In this document: piece after piece, positions 47,883 through 57,073 of the stretch
Layout of the letters: each line of letters begins with the position of its first letter
Position numbering within the stretch: position 1 is the stretch's first letter
From: Candidatus Cloacimonadales bacterium
Lineage (GTDB): Bacteria > Cloacimonadota > Cloacimonadia > Cloacimonadales > JAIOQZ01
Direction: 5' to 3'
Assembly: GCA_963662655.2 (NCBI GenBank)
Contig: CAXXTU010000002.1
Coordinates: 2,528,001-2,592,000 of the forward strand
Length of the DNA: 64,000 nt
Made by a program: the position numbers and the translations under genes
The notes under the pieces: generated by a model
The model's database searches: none
Seen by the model: only the letters and a program-made list of their open reading frames with translations
Told to the model about the DNA's origin: nothing

Positions 47883-48787
47883 TCCTGTTTCTGTATCTTC
47901 GAGACCAGGCCGATTGCTTCATCCCAGTAAGCAAACGCCATGCGGTCCGTATTGTGCGCGTATCCGTAGTTACCCTGGCGATCGATCATGATGATCCCCG
48001 CATCGCCATCAGTGCGCGATCGAAGGATTACAAGCGCTTTCTCGCAGGCCTGCATGGCATCGATTTGGAGCGTGAAATCGCAAGCTGTCTTCGCGAGCAT
48101 GACCTTCATGATCGATTCTCCCCACCCCGTTGCAGAACAACCGGCTGTCAGATTGTCGCACCACGTTCCTGCGCCTGGAAGCGGAGAATCGCCCACGCGC
48201 CCCGGAAGCTTGCGCGGGGAACCGCCGGTGGATGTCGCAACAGCGAGATTTCCGTTCGCATCGAGCGCTACAGCACCTACCGTCCCCTTGGGCGCAGGGC
48301 GGAATACATCCCGCGACCTGAAGTCGGGATCGTCCTTGATTTTCTCCCAGAATTCCAGTTCCCGAAAGGTCAGGAGTTCCTTCGGATCGAGTTCGGTAAA
48401 TCCCATCGCCCTTGCGAAGTCCTGTGCGCCACCTCCCACCAGAAATGCGTGTTCCGTTTTCTCCATTACCATACGGGCCAGAGATATCGGATGCAGTAGG
48501 TTCTGTACGGCCGCCACCGAGCCGATATCGAGGTTGAAGCCGTTCATGATCATCGCGTCGAGCTCGATCTCTCCTCGTGCGTTCAGGAATGCGCCTCGCC
48601 CCGAATCATACGTGGGATCCTCTTCCAGAATGTTCACCGCTTTTTCCACTGCGTCCAAAGCGGAGACGCCCCTTTTCAGAAGCGGATAGACTTCTTTTAT
48701 TGCTTTCTCCACACCTGCCAGGTGCGGATCGACCATTTTATTGGGGATGCTCCAAGCTCCCCCGTGAACGATTAACTTCGGTTTCAT
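47879..48787 (-). CDS. iaaA: Isoaspartyl peptidase/L-asparaginase (Ntn hydrolase)
   Basis: IVHGGA, G|TVGAV autocleavage site, TSTGG, GRVGDSP, TGWGE. Confidence 0.9.
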   Translation of the reverse strand: MKPKLIVHGGAWSIPNKMVDPHLAGVEKAIKEVYPLLKRGVSALDAVEKAVNILEEDPTYDSGRGAFLNARGEIELDAMIMNGFNLDIGSVAAVQNLLHPISLARMVMEKTEHAFLVGGGAQDFARAMGFTELDPKELLTFRELEFWEKIKDDPDFRSRDVFRPAPKGTVGAVALDANGNLAVATSTGGSPRKLPGRVGDSPLPGAGTWCDNLTAGCSATGWGESIMKVMLAKTACDFTLQIDAMQACEKALVILRSRTDGDAGIIMIDRQGNYGYAHNTDRMAFAYWDEAIGLVSKIQKQE

Positions 48788-49077
48788 GTATTTCTGTTCT
48801 GCCTTTCTTCCATTTTTCTCACAAGCTGATCGATTTTCTTCTGCTCACAGTCTTCACCAAGAAATCCAGGAATGCCAAATACACCAATGGCATGCCCCAC
48901 GAGTCCGATCCCCCAGCCAATCAGCGGATAGTAAAACCACCAGTGTCCCGGACTCGAGTATCGATTCAACAGGAATAATCCTGCATTTACCGCGATATAA
49001 ACAATCAAGTGAATATAGAAATCTTTGATCTCTCCGACTCGCTGACGAGCTTTTTCGACGAGTTTTTCTCGCTCCAT
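48784..49077 (-). CDS. 2TM domain protein
   Basis: FYIHLIVYIAVN...WFYYPLIGWGIGL..H; GGAGGTG RBS before MEREKL. Confidence 0.85.
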   Translation of the reverse strand: MEREKLVEKARQRVGEIKDFYIHLIVYIAVNAGLFLLNRYSSPGHWWFYYPLIGWGIGLVGHAIGVFGIPGFLGEDCEQKKIDQLVRKMEERQNRNT

Positions 49078-49193
49078 TTTCACCTCCGTTTTTTGCATTT
49101 GAAAGTATATACTTACGAGATGTCAATGTATTTGTGGAGACAGTCGTCATACGGCGCTCAACGCCACATCACGACAAAATGAATGGCGATAGC

Positions 49194-49352
49194 TTAGAAA
49201 TTCGCGTAGAAGAAGGGATTGGACTCGACAGCAATGATGGTGAACAATGCTTTTGCTGCAAGCGCAGTGAAAAGCAGGGTGAAAACAAATGTCACCCGAA
49301 GATACAACCAGAGATACGGTTTATTCTTTATACGTTCTAGTATACGCTTCAT
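49194..49352 (-). CDS. DltX-like small membrane protein (52 aa), not in the ORF track
   Basis: AGGAG RBS; MKRILERIKNKPYLWLYLRVTFVFTLLFTALAAKALFTIIAVESNPFFYANF; last gene of the MBOAT cluster. Confidence 0.75.
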   Translation of the reverse strand: MKRILERIKNKPYLWLYLRVTFVFTLLFTALAAKALFTIIAVESNPFFYANF

Positions 49353-50288
49353 AGAGCAATTCTCCTAATTCCTTGTTACCGTTTACGTTGAGATGGCCTC
49401 TACCTTTGATTCTGTTATCTGGCCTTAGAACGGACTCAGATGTAAAGATATTTATCTTGTTTTCAATGCAATATTCTTCTAATAAATCATTCTCGTCTTT
49501 GTTGTTGTTGAATGAAACAATTAGGAAATCATCTCCATATCTCTCATGAAATTTCAGCAAGGTTTCTGGTAATCCTTTTGGAAGCTCTAAAATAATCTTT
49601 CTTTCCGACTCTTCCGCTTTTTCAACGCGATCTTGATTATCCAAATTGGTATTCGAAGTCAACCTGACAAGTAAACTGACTAAACTGGAAATCCTGCAAG
49701 CTTTTTTAGCTGGTATTTTGTATTTTGAACCAACTATCTTATTGCCAAAATTACTTGGTATCTCAAAATTCAAAGGAAAATCGTGACGTTGGAGCACTCT
49801 TTATGCAGTCCCTCAGTAATCAATATCACTCTATCCGGTTTGTAGAATCTCTCAAAAAAAAGTGATCGATATAGAGCAATATATGGATCAACGCCTGATG
49901 CACCTAGATTGAGTACAGAATATTGACTCTTCTGGGCATTAAGCAAGCCCTGGAAAACTCCAACGGCCGTCTTATCCCGTTCAACCTGTTGAGCATCAAT
50001 AAAAGACGATCCAAGAGCGAAAATAGTTTCTTGTGAATTCTCAATATCTACATCTGAGCTGTGTAATCCGATATTATTGTTTCGATATTTCCTATTGCCC
50101 CCCTCAACACTCCAATACTCAAAATAGGGTCCAAAAACACGTATTCCCTTAGCAACATTATCAAAAGGCATGAAAACGTATTTCTCTCCTCCTCTAGAAA
50201 TTGGGAAACCAATAACAAATCTTACTATCAGTTCAACCATCACGAGGGCAGTAACAATTCCCAGAATGACAATCAGCCCCTTTTTCAT
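49321..50288 (-). pseudogene. SGNH/DltD-like protein copy 3, split by a 1-bp frameshift near 49795
   Basis: The two track ORFs (175 aa and 158 aa) are the halves of one paralog. GAG TG CTC lacks one G of the Trp codon conserved in the other two copies. Confidence 0.75.
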
Positions 50289-51412
50289 CTGAACCACATC
50301 CAGCCGATGGTAACGAAGGTGAAGGTTATCGCACCCATCAGAACCTGATAGCCCATCGTCTTCGGTGTCTTGATTTTACGCTTGCGTTTGTAATAAATCC
50401 AGAGCTGGTAGACCGCGATGCCTGCCCCGTGCCAGATGCCCCAGTACATGAAATGCCAGGCCGCCCCATGCCAGATGCCGCACGCAGCCATTGTGATAAT
50501 GGGAACGCACACCAGCGACCAGATCACCTTACGGCTAACCCGGCTCAGCGGGAAGAAAAGGTAATCGCGAATCCATTCCGAAAGCGAGATGTGCCAGGTC
50601 GCCCAGAAACGGCTCATGTTGGTTCGGAAATAGGGATTGTTGAAGTTCTCCATGATTTTCAGGCCCAGGATTCTCGATGAGCCGATCGCGATATCCGAGT
50701 ACCCGGCAAAGTCGGTGTAAATCTGGATGGAATAGCCCAGTAGCGCGAGCGCTCTCATCCAGAAGGAAGCGCTGTCCCACCAGGGCTGTATGAAATAGCC
50801 GATCCAGTCGGCAATAACAAGCTTCTTGAAGAGGCCGAACACGATTCTCTGGAAGCCAATCCACACATTCTGCCAGCTCTGGTGATTTTCCTCAAGCTGG
50901 GGCTGGTAACGGGAAAAACGTTCGATGGGGCCGGCCACAAAGATTGTGAACAAGGAGCTGTAGCTCAGAAATTCCAGGAAGCTTCCGCGTTTGGCGATCT
51001 TCCAGTTGAGGTCGCTGAGGTAGCTGATATGCTTGAAGGTGAGGTATGATATTCCAAGGGGGAGCAGCAGGTTTTCGATACGGAAATCGGGAAGGCTGGA
51101 GACAAACTGAGCCAGGTGACTCAGGGTTCCCGATAGAAGTCCGAGGTACTTGAACGCAATGAGCGCTCCGAGGATCCCGATGATTCCGATTCGGAGGAAT
51201 ATCGCCTTCTTGTATCGATCCAGCAGCCAGGCGAACAGATAGGTCCATACGGTTATACAAAGCGTCACCACGGCGGCCGAGCGATCGAGATAAGCCACAA
51301 AGGCGAGGCTGGAAAGGCTCAGAAAGCCTACACGTATCTTACTCCAGGGAAGAATCCGATAAACGATCGCCACCAGAACAAGATACGCGAAAAAGGGAAG
51401 GCTGATAATCAT
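50285..51412 (-). CDS. MBOAT family acyltransferase (DltB/AlgI-like), copy 2
   Basis: LPLGISYLTF, AGPIER, ENFNNPY, FWATWHISLS, GIWHG. Confidence 0.92.
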   Translation of the reverse strand: MIISLPFFAYLVLVAIVYRILPWSKIRVGFLSLSSLAFVAYLDRSAAVVTLCITVWTYLFAWLLDRYKKAIFLRIGIIGILGALIAFKYLGLLSGTLSHLAQFVSSLPDFRIENLLLPLGISYLTFKHISYLSDLNWKIAKRGSFLEFLSYSSLFTIFVAGPIERFSRYQPQLEENHQSWQNVWIGFQRIVFGLFKKLVIADWIGYFIQPWWDSASFWMRALALLGYSIQIYTDFAGYSDIAIGSSRILGLKIMENFNNPYFRTNMSRFWATWHISLSEWIRDYLFFPLSRVSRKVIWSLVCVPIITMAACGIWHGAAWHFMYWGIWHGAGIAVYQLWIYYKRKRKIKTPKTMGYQVLMGAITFTFVTIGWMWFR

Positions 51413-51421
51413 ATTGGTTGA

Positions 51422-51652
51422 TTAATATCTTTCGATGATCTCGATCATCTGGCGTACCGTGTCGAACGATTCCGCGGTTATTACCGGAGCGGGAATGCGT
51501 TTGCCAAACTCGGTCTCGATAAATTGCTGCAAGGAAACAAGGGAGAACGAATCGATCAGGCCGGACGAGATCAATTTCGTATCCACGTCGATGACTACAT
51601 CGTCTTCTTCCACAAACTCGTCGATTATGAATTCTATTAGCTTTTCTTGCAT
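51422..51652 (-). CDS. Acyl/aminoacyl carrier protein (DltC-like), copy 2
   Basis: Acidic 76-aa protein with the GLIDSF phosphopantetheine site. Confidence 0.9.
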   Translation of the reverse strand: MQEKLIEFIIDEFVEEDDVVIDVDTKLISSGLIDSFSLVSLQQFIETEFGKRIPAPVITAESFDTVRQMIEIIERY

Positions 51653-51721
51653 GGTTGTCTCCTAGTATTTTTTGTTCCAAAAAGCCCGTCTGAGACCGAA
51701 TTGTAAAGAAAATTCTCGACT

Positions 51722-52708
51722 TCAGGCTTTCTTCTGGCGGTTCGGATAAGTCTTGCTAAATGCTTTCTCGAGTAGTTCGCCAAGCTTTTTATTGCCTTCA
51801 ACGTTCAAATGCCCTGCGCCATTGAAGCAGTTCTTCGGCTGCAAAACACTTTCATCCGAATAAAAGTGGATTCCGTTCTCTTCGCAGAAATCTTCCAGCA
51901 TTTTATTTTCTCGCGCATCGTTATCAAACGAGACCAGAAGGAAGTCGTCGCCGAAATCGTGTTGAAATTGCAAGAGTGTGCTTTTCAACTCATCCGTAAA
52001 TTCGCTATTAACATCAATGTCGGTTGCCGGGACCTCTTCGATCTCCGTATCTTGTTCATCCTTCATATTTTTAAGGAGATTAAAGAAAATTGTCGCGGCA
52101 CTAGACACTTCGGTTGCCTTCTCAACAATAAATCGGATTTTTGAGAAGTGGTGAGGTTCCCCAAAACGTGGAGGCAACGAAAAATCAAGGGGTGTCTTAT
52201 AGCGGGAAAGCCATCCAGCTCTCATATTCTCGATAGCTAAAACTACTTTATCTGGAGAGCGATACAATTTTGTGAAGAGCTTCACTCTGAGATAAGCAAG
52301 ATAAGGATCGTGGCCCGATGCTCCGAGATTCAATACGGAAAAATGCTTATCCAAATTATTCAATTTTCTATCGAATATAGCTGCGGCTGTTTCCTCGCAT
52401 CGAACCTGATATGCTTCGATATATGATGAACCTGCGAGGAATATCAGATTAGAATCTTCAGAAAGGTCGGAGTCGGGGCCATGCACACCAATATTGTTAC
52501 GTCTGAATCGCCTGTAGCCTGCTTCGACATTGACATACACAGAGTTTGGTTTATATAGATACACCTTACTGGCGCCTGAAAGGCCTGGATAGAAAACAAC
52601 GGCCTTTCGCGGTCCCAATGTCGGATAACCAGCGACATATCGAATGAGTAGTTCAACCACCACAAAGGCAGTAACGATTCCCAGAATGACAATCAGCCCC
52701 TTTTTCAT
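51722..52708 (-). CDS. Membrane-anchored SGNH/DltD-like protein, copy 2
   Basis: N-terminal TM helix; AGSSY, NLGASG, GHLN..GN. The start overlaps the MBOAT stop (ATGA). Confidence 0.8.
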   Translation of the reverse strand: MKKGLIVILGIVTAFVVVELLIRYVAGYPTLGPRKAVVFYPGLSGASKVYLYKPNSVYVNVEAGYRRFRRNNIGVHGPDSDLSEDSNLIFLAGSSYIEAYQVRCEETAAAIFDRKLNNLDKHFSVLNLGASGHDPYLAYLRVKLFTKLYRSPDKVVLAIENMRAGWLSRYKTPLDFSLPPRFGEPHHFSKIRFIVEKATEVSSAATIFFNLLKNMKDEQDTEIEEVPATDIDVNSEFTDELKSTLLQFQHDFGDDFLLVSFDNDARENKMLEDFCEENGIHFYSDESVLQPKNCFNGAGHLNVEGNKKLGELLEKAFSKTYPNRQKKA

Positions 52709-53832
52709 CTGAACCACATCCAGCCGATGGTAACGAAGGTGAAGGTTATCGCACCCATCAGTACCTGATAGCCCATCGTCTTCGGCGTCTTGATCTTACG
52801 CTTGCGTTTGTAATAAATCCAGAGCTGGTAGACCGCGATGCCTGCCCCGTGCCAGATGCCCCAGTACATGAAATGCCAGGCCGCCCCATGCCAGATGCCG
52901 CACGCAGCCATTGTGATAATGGGAACGCACACCAGCGACCAGATCACCTTACGGCTAACCCGGCTCAGCGGGAAGAAAAGGTAATCGCGAATCCATTCCG
53001 AAAGCGAGATGTGCCAGGTCGCCCAGAAACGGCTCATGTTGGTTCGGAAATAGGGATTGTTGAAGTTCTCCATGATTTTCAGGCCCAGGATTCTCGATGA
53101 GCCGATCGCGATATCCGAGTACCCGGCAAAGTCGGTGTAAATCTGGATGGAATAGCCCAGTAGCGCGAGCGCTCTCATCCAGAAGGAAGCGCTGTCCCAC
53201 CAGGGCTGTATGAAATAGCCGATCCAGTCGGCAATAACAAGCTTCTTGAAGAGGCCGAACACGATTCTCTGGAAGCCAATCCACACATTCTGCCAGCTCT
53301 GGTGATTTTCCTCAAGCTGGGGCTGGTAACGGGAAAAACGTTCAATGGGGCCGGCCACAAAGATTGTGAACAAGGAGCTGTAGCTCAGAAATTCCAGGAA
53401 GCTTCCGCGTTGGGCGATCTTCCAGTTGAGGTCGCTGAGGTAGCTGATATGCTTGAAGGTGAGGTATGATATTCCAAGGGGGAGCAGCAGGTTTTCGATA
53501 CGGAAATCGGGAAGGCTGGAGACAAACTGAGCCAGGTGACTCAGGGTTCCCGATAGAAGTCCGAGGTACTTGAACGCAATGAGCGCTCCGAGGATCCCGA
53601 TGATTCCGATTCGGAGGAATATCGCCTTCTTGTATCGATCCAGCAGCCAGGCGAACAGATAGGTCCATACGGTTATACAAAGCGTCACCACGGCGGCCGA
53701 GCGATCGAGATAAGCCACAAAGGCGAGGCTGGAAAGGCTCAGAAAGCCTACACGTATCTTACTCCAGGGAAGAATCCGATAAACGATCGCCACCAGAACA
53801 AGATACGCGAAAAAGGGAAGGCTGATAATCAT
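52705..53832 (-). CDS. MBOAT family acyltransferase (DltB/AlgI-like), copy 1
   Basis: Same motifs as copy 2; differs by one residue (IAQRG vs IAKRG). Confidence 0.92.
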   Translation of the reverse strand: MIISLPFFAYLVLVAIVYRILPWSKIRVGFLSLSSLAFVAYLDRSAAVVTLCITVWTYLFAWLLDRYKKAIFLRIGIIGILGALIAFKYLGLLSGTLSHLAQFVSSLPDFRIENLLLPLGISYLTFKHISYLSDLNWKIAQRGSFLEFLSYSSLFTIFVAGPIERFSRYQPQLEENHQSWQNVWIGFQRIVFGLFKKLVIADWIGYFIQPWWDSASFWMRALALLGYSIQIYTDFAGYSDIAIGSSRILGLKIMENFNNPYFRTNMSRFWATWHISLSEWIRDYLFFPLSRVSRKVIWSLVCVPIITMAACGIWHGAAWHFMYWGIWHGAGIAVYQLWIYYKRKRKIKTPKTMGYQVLMGAITFTFVTIGWMWFR

Positions 53833-53841
53833 ATTGGTTGA

Positions 53842-54072
53842 TTAATATCTTTCGATGATCTCGATCATCTGGCGTACCGTGTCGAACGATTCCGCGGTTA
53901 TTACCGGAGCGGGAATGCGTTTGCCAAACTCGGTCTCGATAAATTGCTGCAAGGAAACAAGGGAGAACGAATCGATCAGGCCGGACGAGATCAATTTCGT
54001 ATCCACGTCGATGACTACATCGTCTTCTTCCACAAACTCGTCGATTATGAATTCTATTAGCTTTTCTTGCAT
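53842..54072 (-). CDS. Acyl/aminoacyl carrier protein (DltC-like), copy 1
   Basis: Identical protein to the copy at 51422-51652. Confidence 0.9.
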   Translation of the reverse strand: MQEKLIEFIIDEFVEEDDVVIDVDTKLISSGLIDSFSLVSLQQFIETEFGKRIPAPVITAESFDTVRQMIEIIERY

Positions 54073-54141
54073 GGTTGTCTCCTAGTATTTTTTGTTCCAA
54101 AAAGCCCGTCTGAGACCGAATTGTAAAGAAAATTCTCGACT

Positions 54142-55125
54142 TCAGGCTTTCTTCTGGCGGTTCGGATAAGTCTTGCTAAATGCTTTCTCGAGTAGTTCGC
54201 CAAGCTTTTTATTGCCTTCAACGTTCAAATGCCCTGCGCCATTGAAGCAGTTCTTCGGCTGCAAAACACTTTCATCCGAATAAAAGTGGATTCCGTTCTC
54301 TTCGCAGAAATCTTCCAGCATTTTATTTTCTCGCGCATCGTTATCAAACGAGACCAGAAGGAAGTCGTCGCCGAAGCTCTTATGAAACTGAAGAATCGAT
54401 TCCTTCATCGCTTCGGGGAATCCGGGGATTCGGGCAATTTCTTTTGGAGCGTTACTTTCACTTTTTCTTCGCAGAATCGTATGGAGCGCGCGAGTCATAA
54501 GGTTTGCCAAATGAGATTTTTGTCTGACAGCTTCTTCAATCTTCACAATCAATCCCGGAGTTGCTGGTTCACCGAAGTTTTGTGGAATCGTGAAATCAAG
54601 AGGAGTCTTATACGGAACCAGCCACTCGTTGAACAGGCTTTCCACCGGCAGTATTACCTTGTCGGGTTGATAAATTCTCGCCAGGAACATCGTTCGGTAC
54701 CAGGCAAGATATGGATCATGCTTTGCTGCTGCCGCATTGATAACCCGGTATTTTCCCGGATCACTATCTTCCAGAAGCTTGTGGAAAACCGCCGTGGCAA
54801 TTTCATCCTGCGGTATATGGTAAGCTTCAATGAACGATGATCCTGCGACCATGATCGTTTGCTTGTCAGCATCCAGATCCACATCGTTTCCCGGAAGTCC
54901 CAGGTTGTTGCGACGATAGACATGGTTTCCGCCTTCCACCGCCCAGAATTTCGAATATGGTTCATACAGGATCAAAAGACGATTTTTACTGATTGAAGGA
55001 ATGAATCTTCGACGCTCGCGTCGCGATATCACTGGATAACCGATAACAGAACATGCGACTAGTTCCCCCAAAACAAGGGCCGTCACCAGCGCAGCGGTAA
55101 CAATCATTACATTCTTCATCTTCAT
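54142..55125 (-). CDS. Membrane-anchored SGNH/DltD-like protein, copy 1
   Basis: N-terminal TM helix; AGSSF, NAAAA, GHLN..GN. Confidence 0.8.
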   Translation of the reverse strand: MKMKNVMIVTAALVTALVLGELVACSVIGYPVISRRERRRFIPSISKNRLLILYEPYSKFWAVEGGNHVYRRNNLGLPGNDVDLDADKQTIMVAGSSFIEAYHIPQDEIATAVFHKLLEDSDPGKYRVINAAAAKHDPYLAWYRTMFLARIYQPDKVILPVESLFNEWLVPYKTPLDFTIPQNFGEPATPGLIVKIEEAVRQKSHLANLMTRALHTILRRKSESNAPKEIARIPGFPEAMKESILQFHKSFGDDFLLVSFDNDARENKMLEDFCEENGIHFYSDESVLQPKNCFNGAGHLNVEGNKKLGELLEKAFSKTYPNRQKKA

Positions 55126-55256
55126 ATCGTAATTATTCCATATTAGCTTCGTGTGGGATATTCATGCCCTGGCATTCAATAAACGCGAACCCTTTTATCA
55201 TGTAAAGCTTTTTCGGCTTTTCCCCCGACCCCGCTATCAATCGATGGCAACCTCCA

Positions 55257-55383
55257 TCCCGCGCGCGGGGCGGCGTAGTAAGTCTTTTCAAGACTTACTG
55301 ACACGTTTTCCTTGCCGTGAGCGCTCACGGCAAAGAAAGCGTGCCGTTTGCCCTGCAAACACGCCGCCCCGGGCGCTGAGTCG
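55257..55383 (+). repeat. Four-way-junction palindromic element, copy C
   Basis: TCCC, GCGCGCGGGGCGGCGT, AGTAAGTCTT-TTC-AAGACTTACT, long imperfect P3, GTTTGC-CCT-GCAAAC, ACGCCGCCCCGGGCGC, TGAGTCG. Confidence 0.85.
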
Positions 55384-55403
55384 GGCAAACCAATTCGAGG
55401 CTG

Positions 55404-56198
55404 TCAAGTGTTTCGCAGGATAATCTTATGGAAGCGGCGCGTCAGGAACACGATCATGATGGTCGCGGCGATCATGAGCGACGACAGTGCGTTGATCGTG
55501 GTAATGGTTCCTCTGCGAATGCCGCCTTCCACGTATATGGGCAGCGTCGTGAAACCTCGCCCCGTGGTGAAGAAGGTGATGATGAAATCGTCGATGGAGA
55601 GGGTGAATGCCAATAGCGCGGCGGCGATAATCCCCGGCATCATCATCGGCAGCTTGATCTTGAAGAACGTCTGCCACGGGTTCGCACCTAAATCCATGGA
55701 CGCTTCCAGCAGGGAACTGTCAAATCCGTCCAGCCGCGACCGGATAACGATCACCGCATACGACAGACAGAACGTTACGTGAGCGATCAGGACAGTGAAC
55801 AGTCCCGTTTTCACGCGCAGGAAGCTGTAGAACATAGCCATGGAAACACCCATGAGAATGTCAGGCATGATAAGCGGAATGAACACCAGCACCGTTAGCA
55901 GTTTCCTGCCCTTGAACCGGAGATTCTCAAGGGCCAGCGCGCCAAGCGTACCGAGCACGGTGGAAATAATCGTGGAAAGGAACGCAATCAGCATCGTGTT
56001 GCGGAACGCAATCCGTATATTCTCGTTTTGCACGAGATCGATGTAATACTTGAACGTGAAGCCCTTCCAGCCTGCAACGATCTTCGAATCATTGAAACTG
56101 TATATGATCATGATCAGTATCGGGATGTATAGAAAAATCACCGCGAACGTGAATATCGTCAGGTTCATGCCCTTGTAAAACTTCTTGCTGTTTTTCAT
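55404..56198 (-). CDS. potC: Spermidine/putrescine ABC transporter permease
   Basis: FLYIPI..MIIYSFN, EASMDLGA, FTLSIDDF. Confidence 0.85.
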   Translation of the reverse strand: MKNSKKFYKGMNLTIFTFAVIFLYIPILIMIIYSFNDSKIVAGWKGFTFKYYIDLVQNENIRIAFRNTMLIAFLSTIISTVLGTLGALALENLRFKGRKLLTVLVFIPLIMPDILMGVSMAMFYSFLRVKTGLFTVLIAHVTFCLSYAVIVIRSRLDGFDSSLLEASMDLGANPWQTFFKIKLPMMMPGIIAAALLAFTLSIDDFIITFFTTGRGFTTLPIYVEGGIRRGTITTINALSSLMIAATIMIVFLTRRFHKIILRNT

Positions 56199-57073
56199 TG
56201 GCGGCTCCTCTCCCGCTTGTATCTGCGAGTCAAAAAGAATAGAATCACACTCACCAAAACCAGAAGAACGAGCGATAGCGCGGATGCGACCGGCCAGTTA
56301 CGTGGTATGTTCTTGATTTTGTACGTGATGATCTGTCCAATGAACAGGGAGTTCTGATGCCCCACCAAGTGAGGGATGATGTAGGTTCCCAGCGCGGGAA
56401 TGAATACGAGGATGATGCCGGAGAATATCCCCTCTTTCGAAAGGGGAAGCGTAACCTTGAAGAAGGAAAGAACCTCGTTCGCACCCAAATCCTTCGCCGC
56501 ATCGAGAAGGGTGAAATCCATCTTCTCGATTGCGCTGTAGAGCGGAAAAATCATATAAGGCAAATAGACGTATACCGTTACGAGGATGACCGCGAAATCC
56601 GTACGAAGCAGCCTCAAAGGCTGGTCGATCATGTTCAGGAACAACAATAGCTCGTTGAGTACCCCGTTCGTGGAGAGGAACACCCTCCAGGAGAAGATGC
56701 GAATGATGAAGTTTGTCCAGAACGGAATGATGATGAGCAGCAGAAACGTGTTTTTAAATCTCGCGGAGCTCCTGGCGATGTAATACGCCACCGGATACCC
56801 GAGCAACAGGCACAGGAGCGTTGTCCAGAACGCCAGCCGGAACGCCAGCATGAACGGTCTCAAATACGTTGGACTGAACACCTGCCGGAACGCCTCCAGC
56901 GAGAATTGAAATTTCACATCGTAAATCGTTGTCGTCAGGAAGCTGTACAGAACGATGATAAAATACGGCACCAGGAAAAAGATGACCAGCCATGAAATGA
57001 CCGGCGCCGAAAGAATCCAGCTATGCGTATTCTTTTTCTTGTGAATTCGGACTTCCGTAGGTGTTCCAGCCAT
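56195..57073 (-). CDS. potB: Spermidine/putrescine ABC transporter permease
   Basis: LGYPVAY, IPFWTNFIIR, YLPYMIFPLY, AAKDLGA. Confidence 0.85.
   Translation of the reverse strand: MAGTPTEVRIHKKKNTHSWILSAPVISWLVIFFLVPYFIIVLYSFLTTTIYDVKFQFSLEAFRQVFSPTYLRPFMLAFRLAFWTTLLCLLLGYPVAYYIARSSARFKNTFLLLIIIPFWTNFIIRIFSWRVFLSTNGVLNELLLFLNMIDQPLRLLRTDFAVILVTVYVYLPYMIFPLYSAIEKMDFTLLDAAKDLGANEVLSFFKVTLPLSKEGIFSGIILVFIPALGTYIIPHLVGHQNSLFIGQIITYKIKNIPRNWPVASALSLVLLVLVSVILFFLTRRYKRERSRQ

Larger units (their letters stand above)
50247..51955. repeat. ~1.7-kb direct repeat, copy 1
   Basis: Near-identical to 52667-54375 (offset 2420 bp) with only a few substitutions. Confidence 0.95.
52667..54375. repeat. ~1.7-kb direct repeat, copy 2
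   Basis: Near-identical to 50247-51955. Confidence 0.95.

Noticed and set aside
51655..51775. Possible DltX remnant (RKHLARLIRTARRKPEVENFLYNS) after SGNH2, and likewise after SGNH1
   Set aside because: There is no start codon, no TM segment and no stop after the motif, so the resemblance may be chance.
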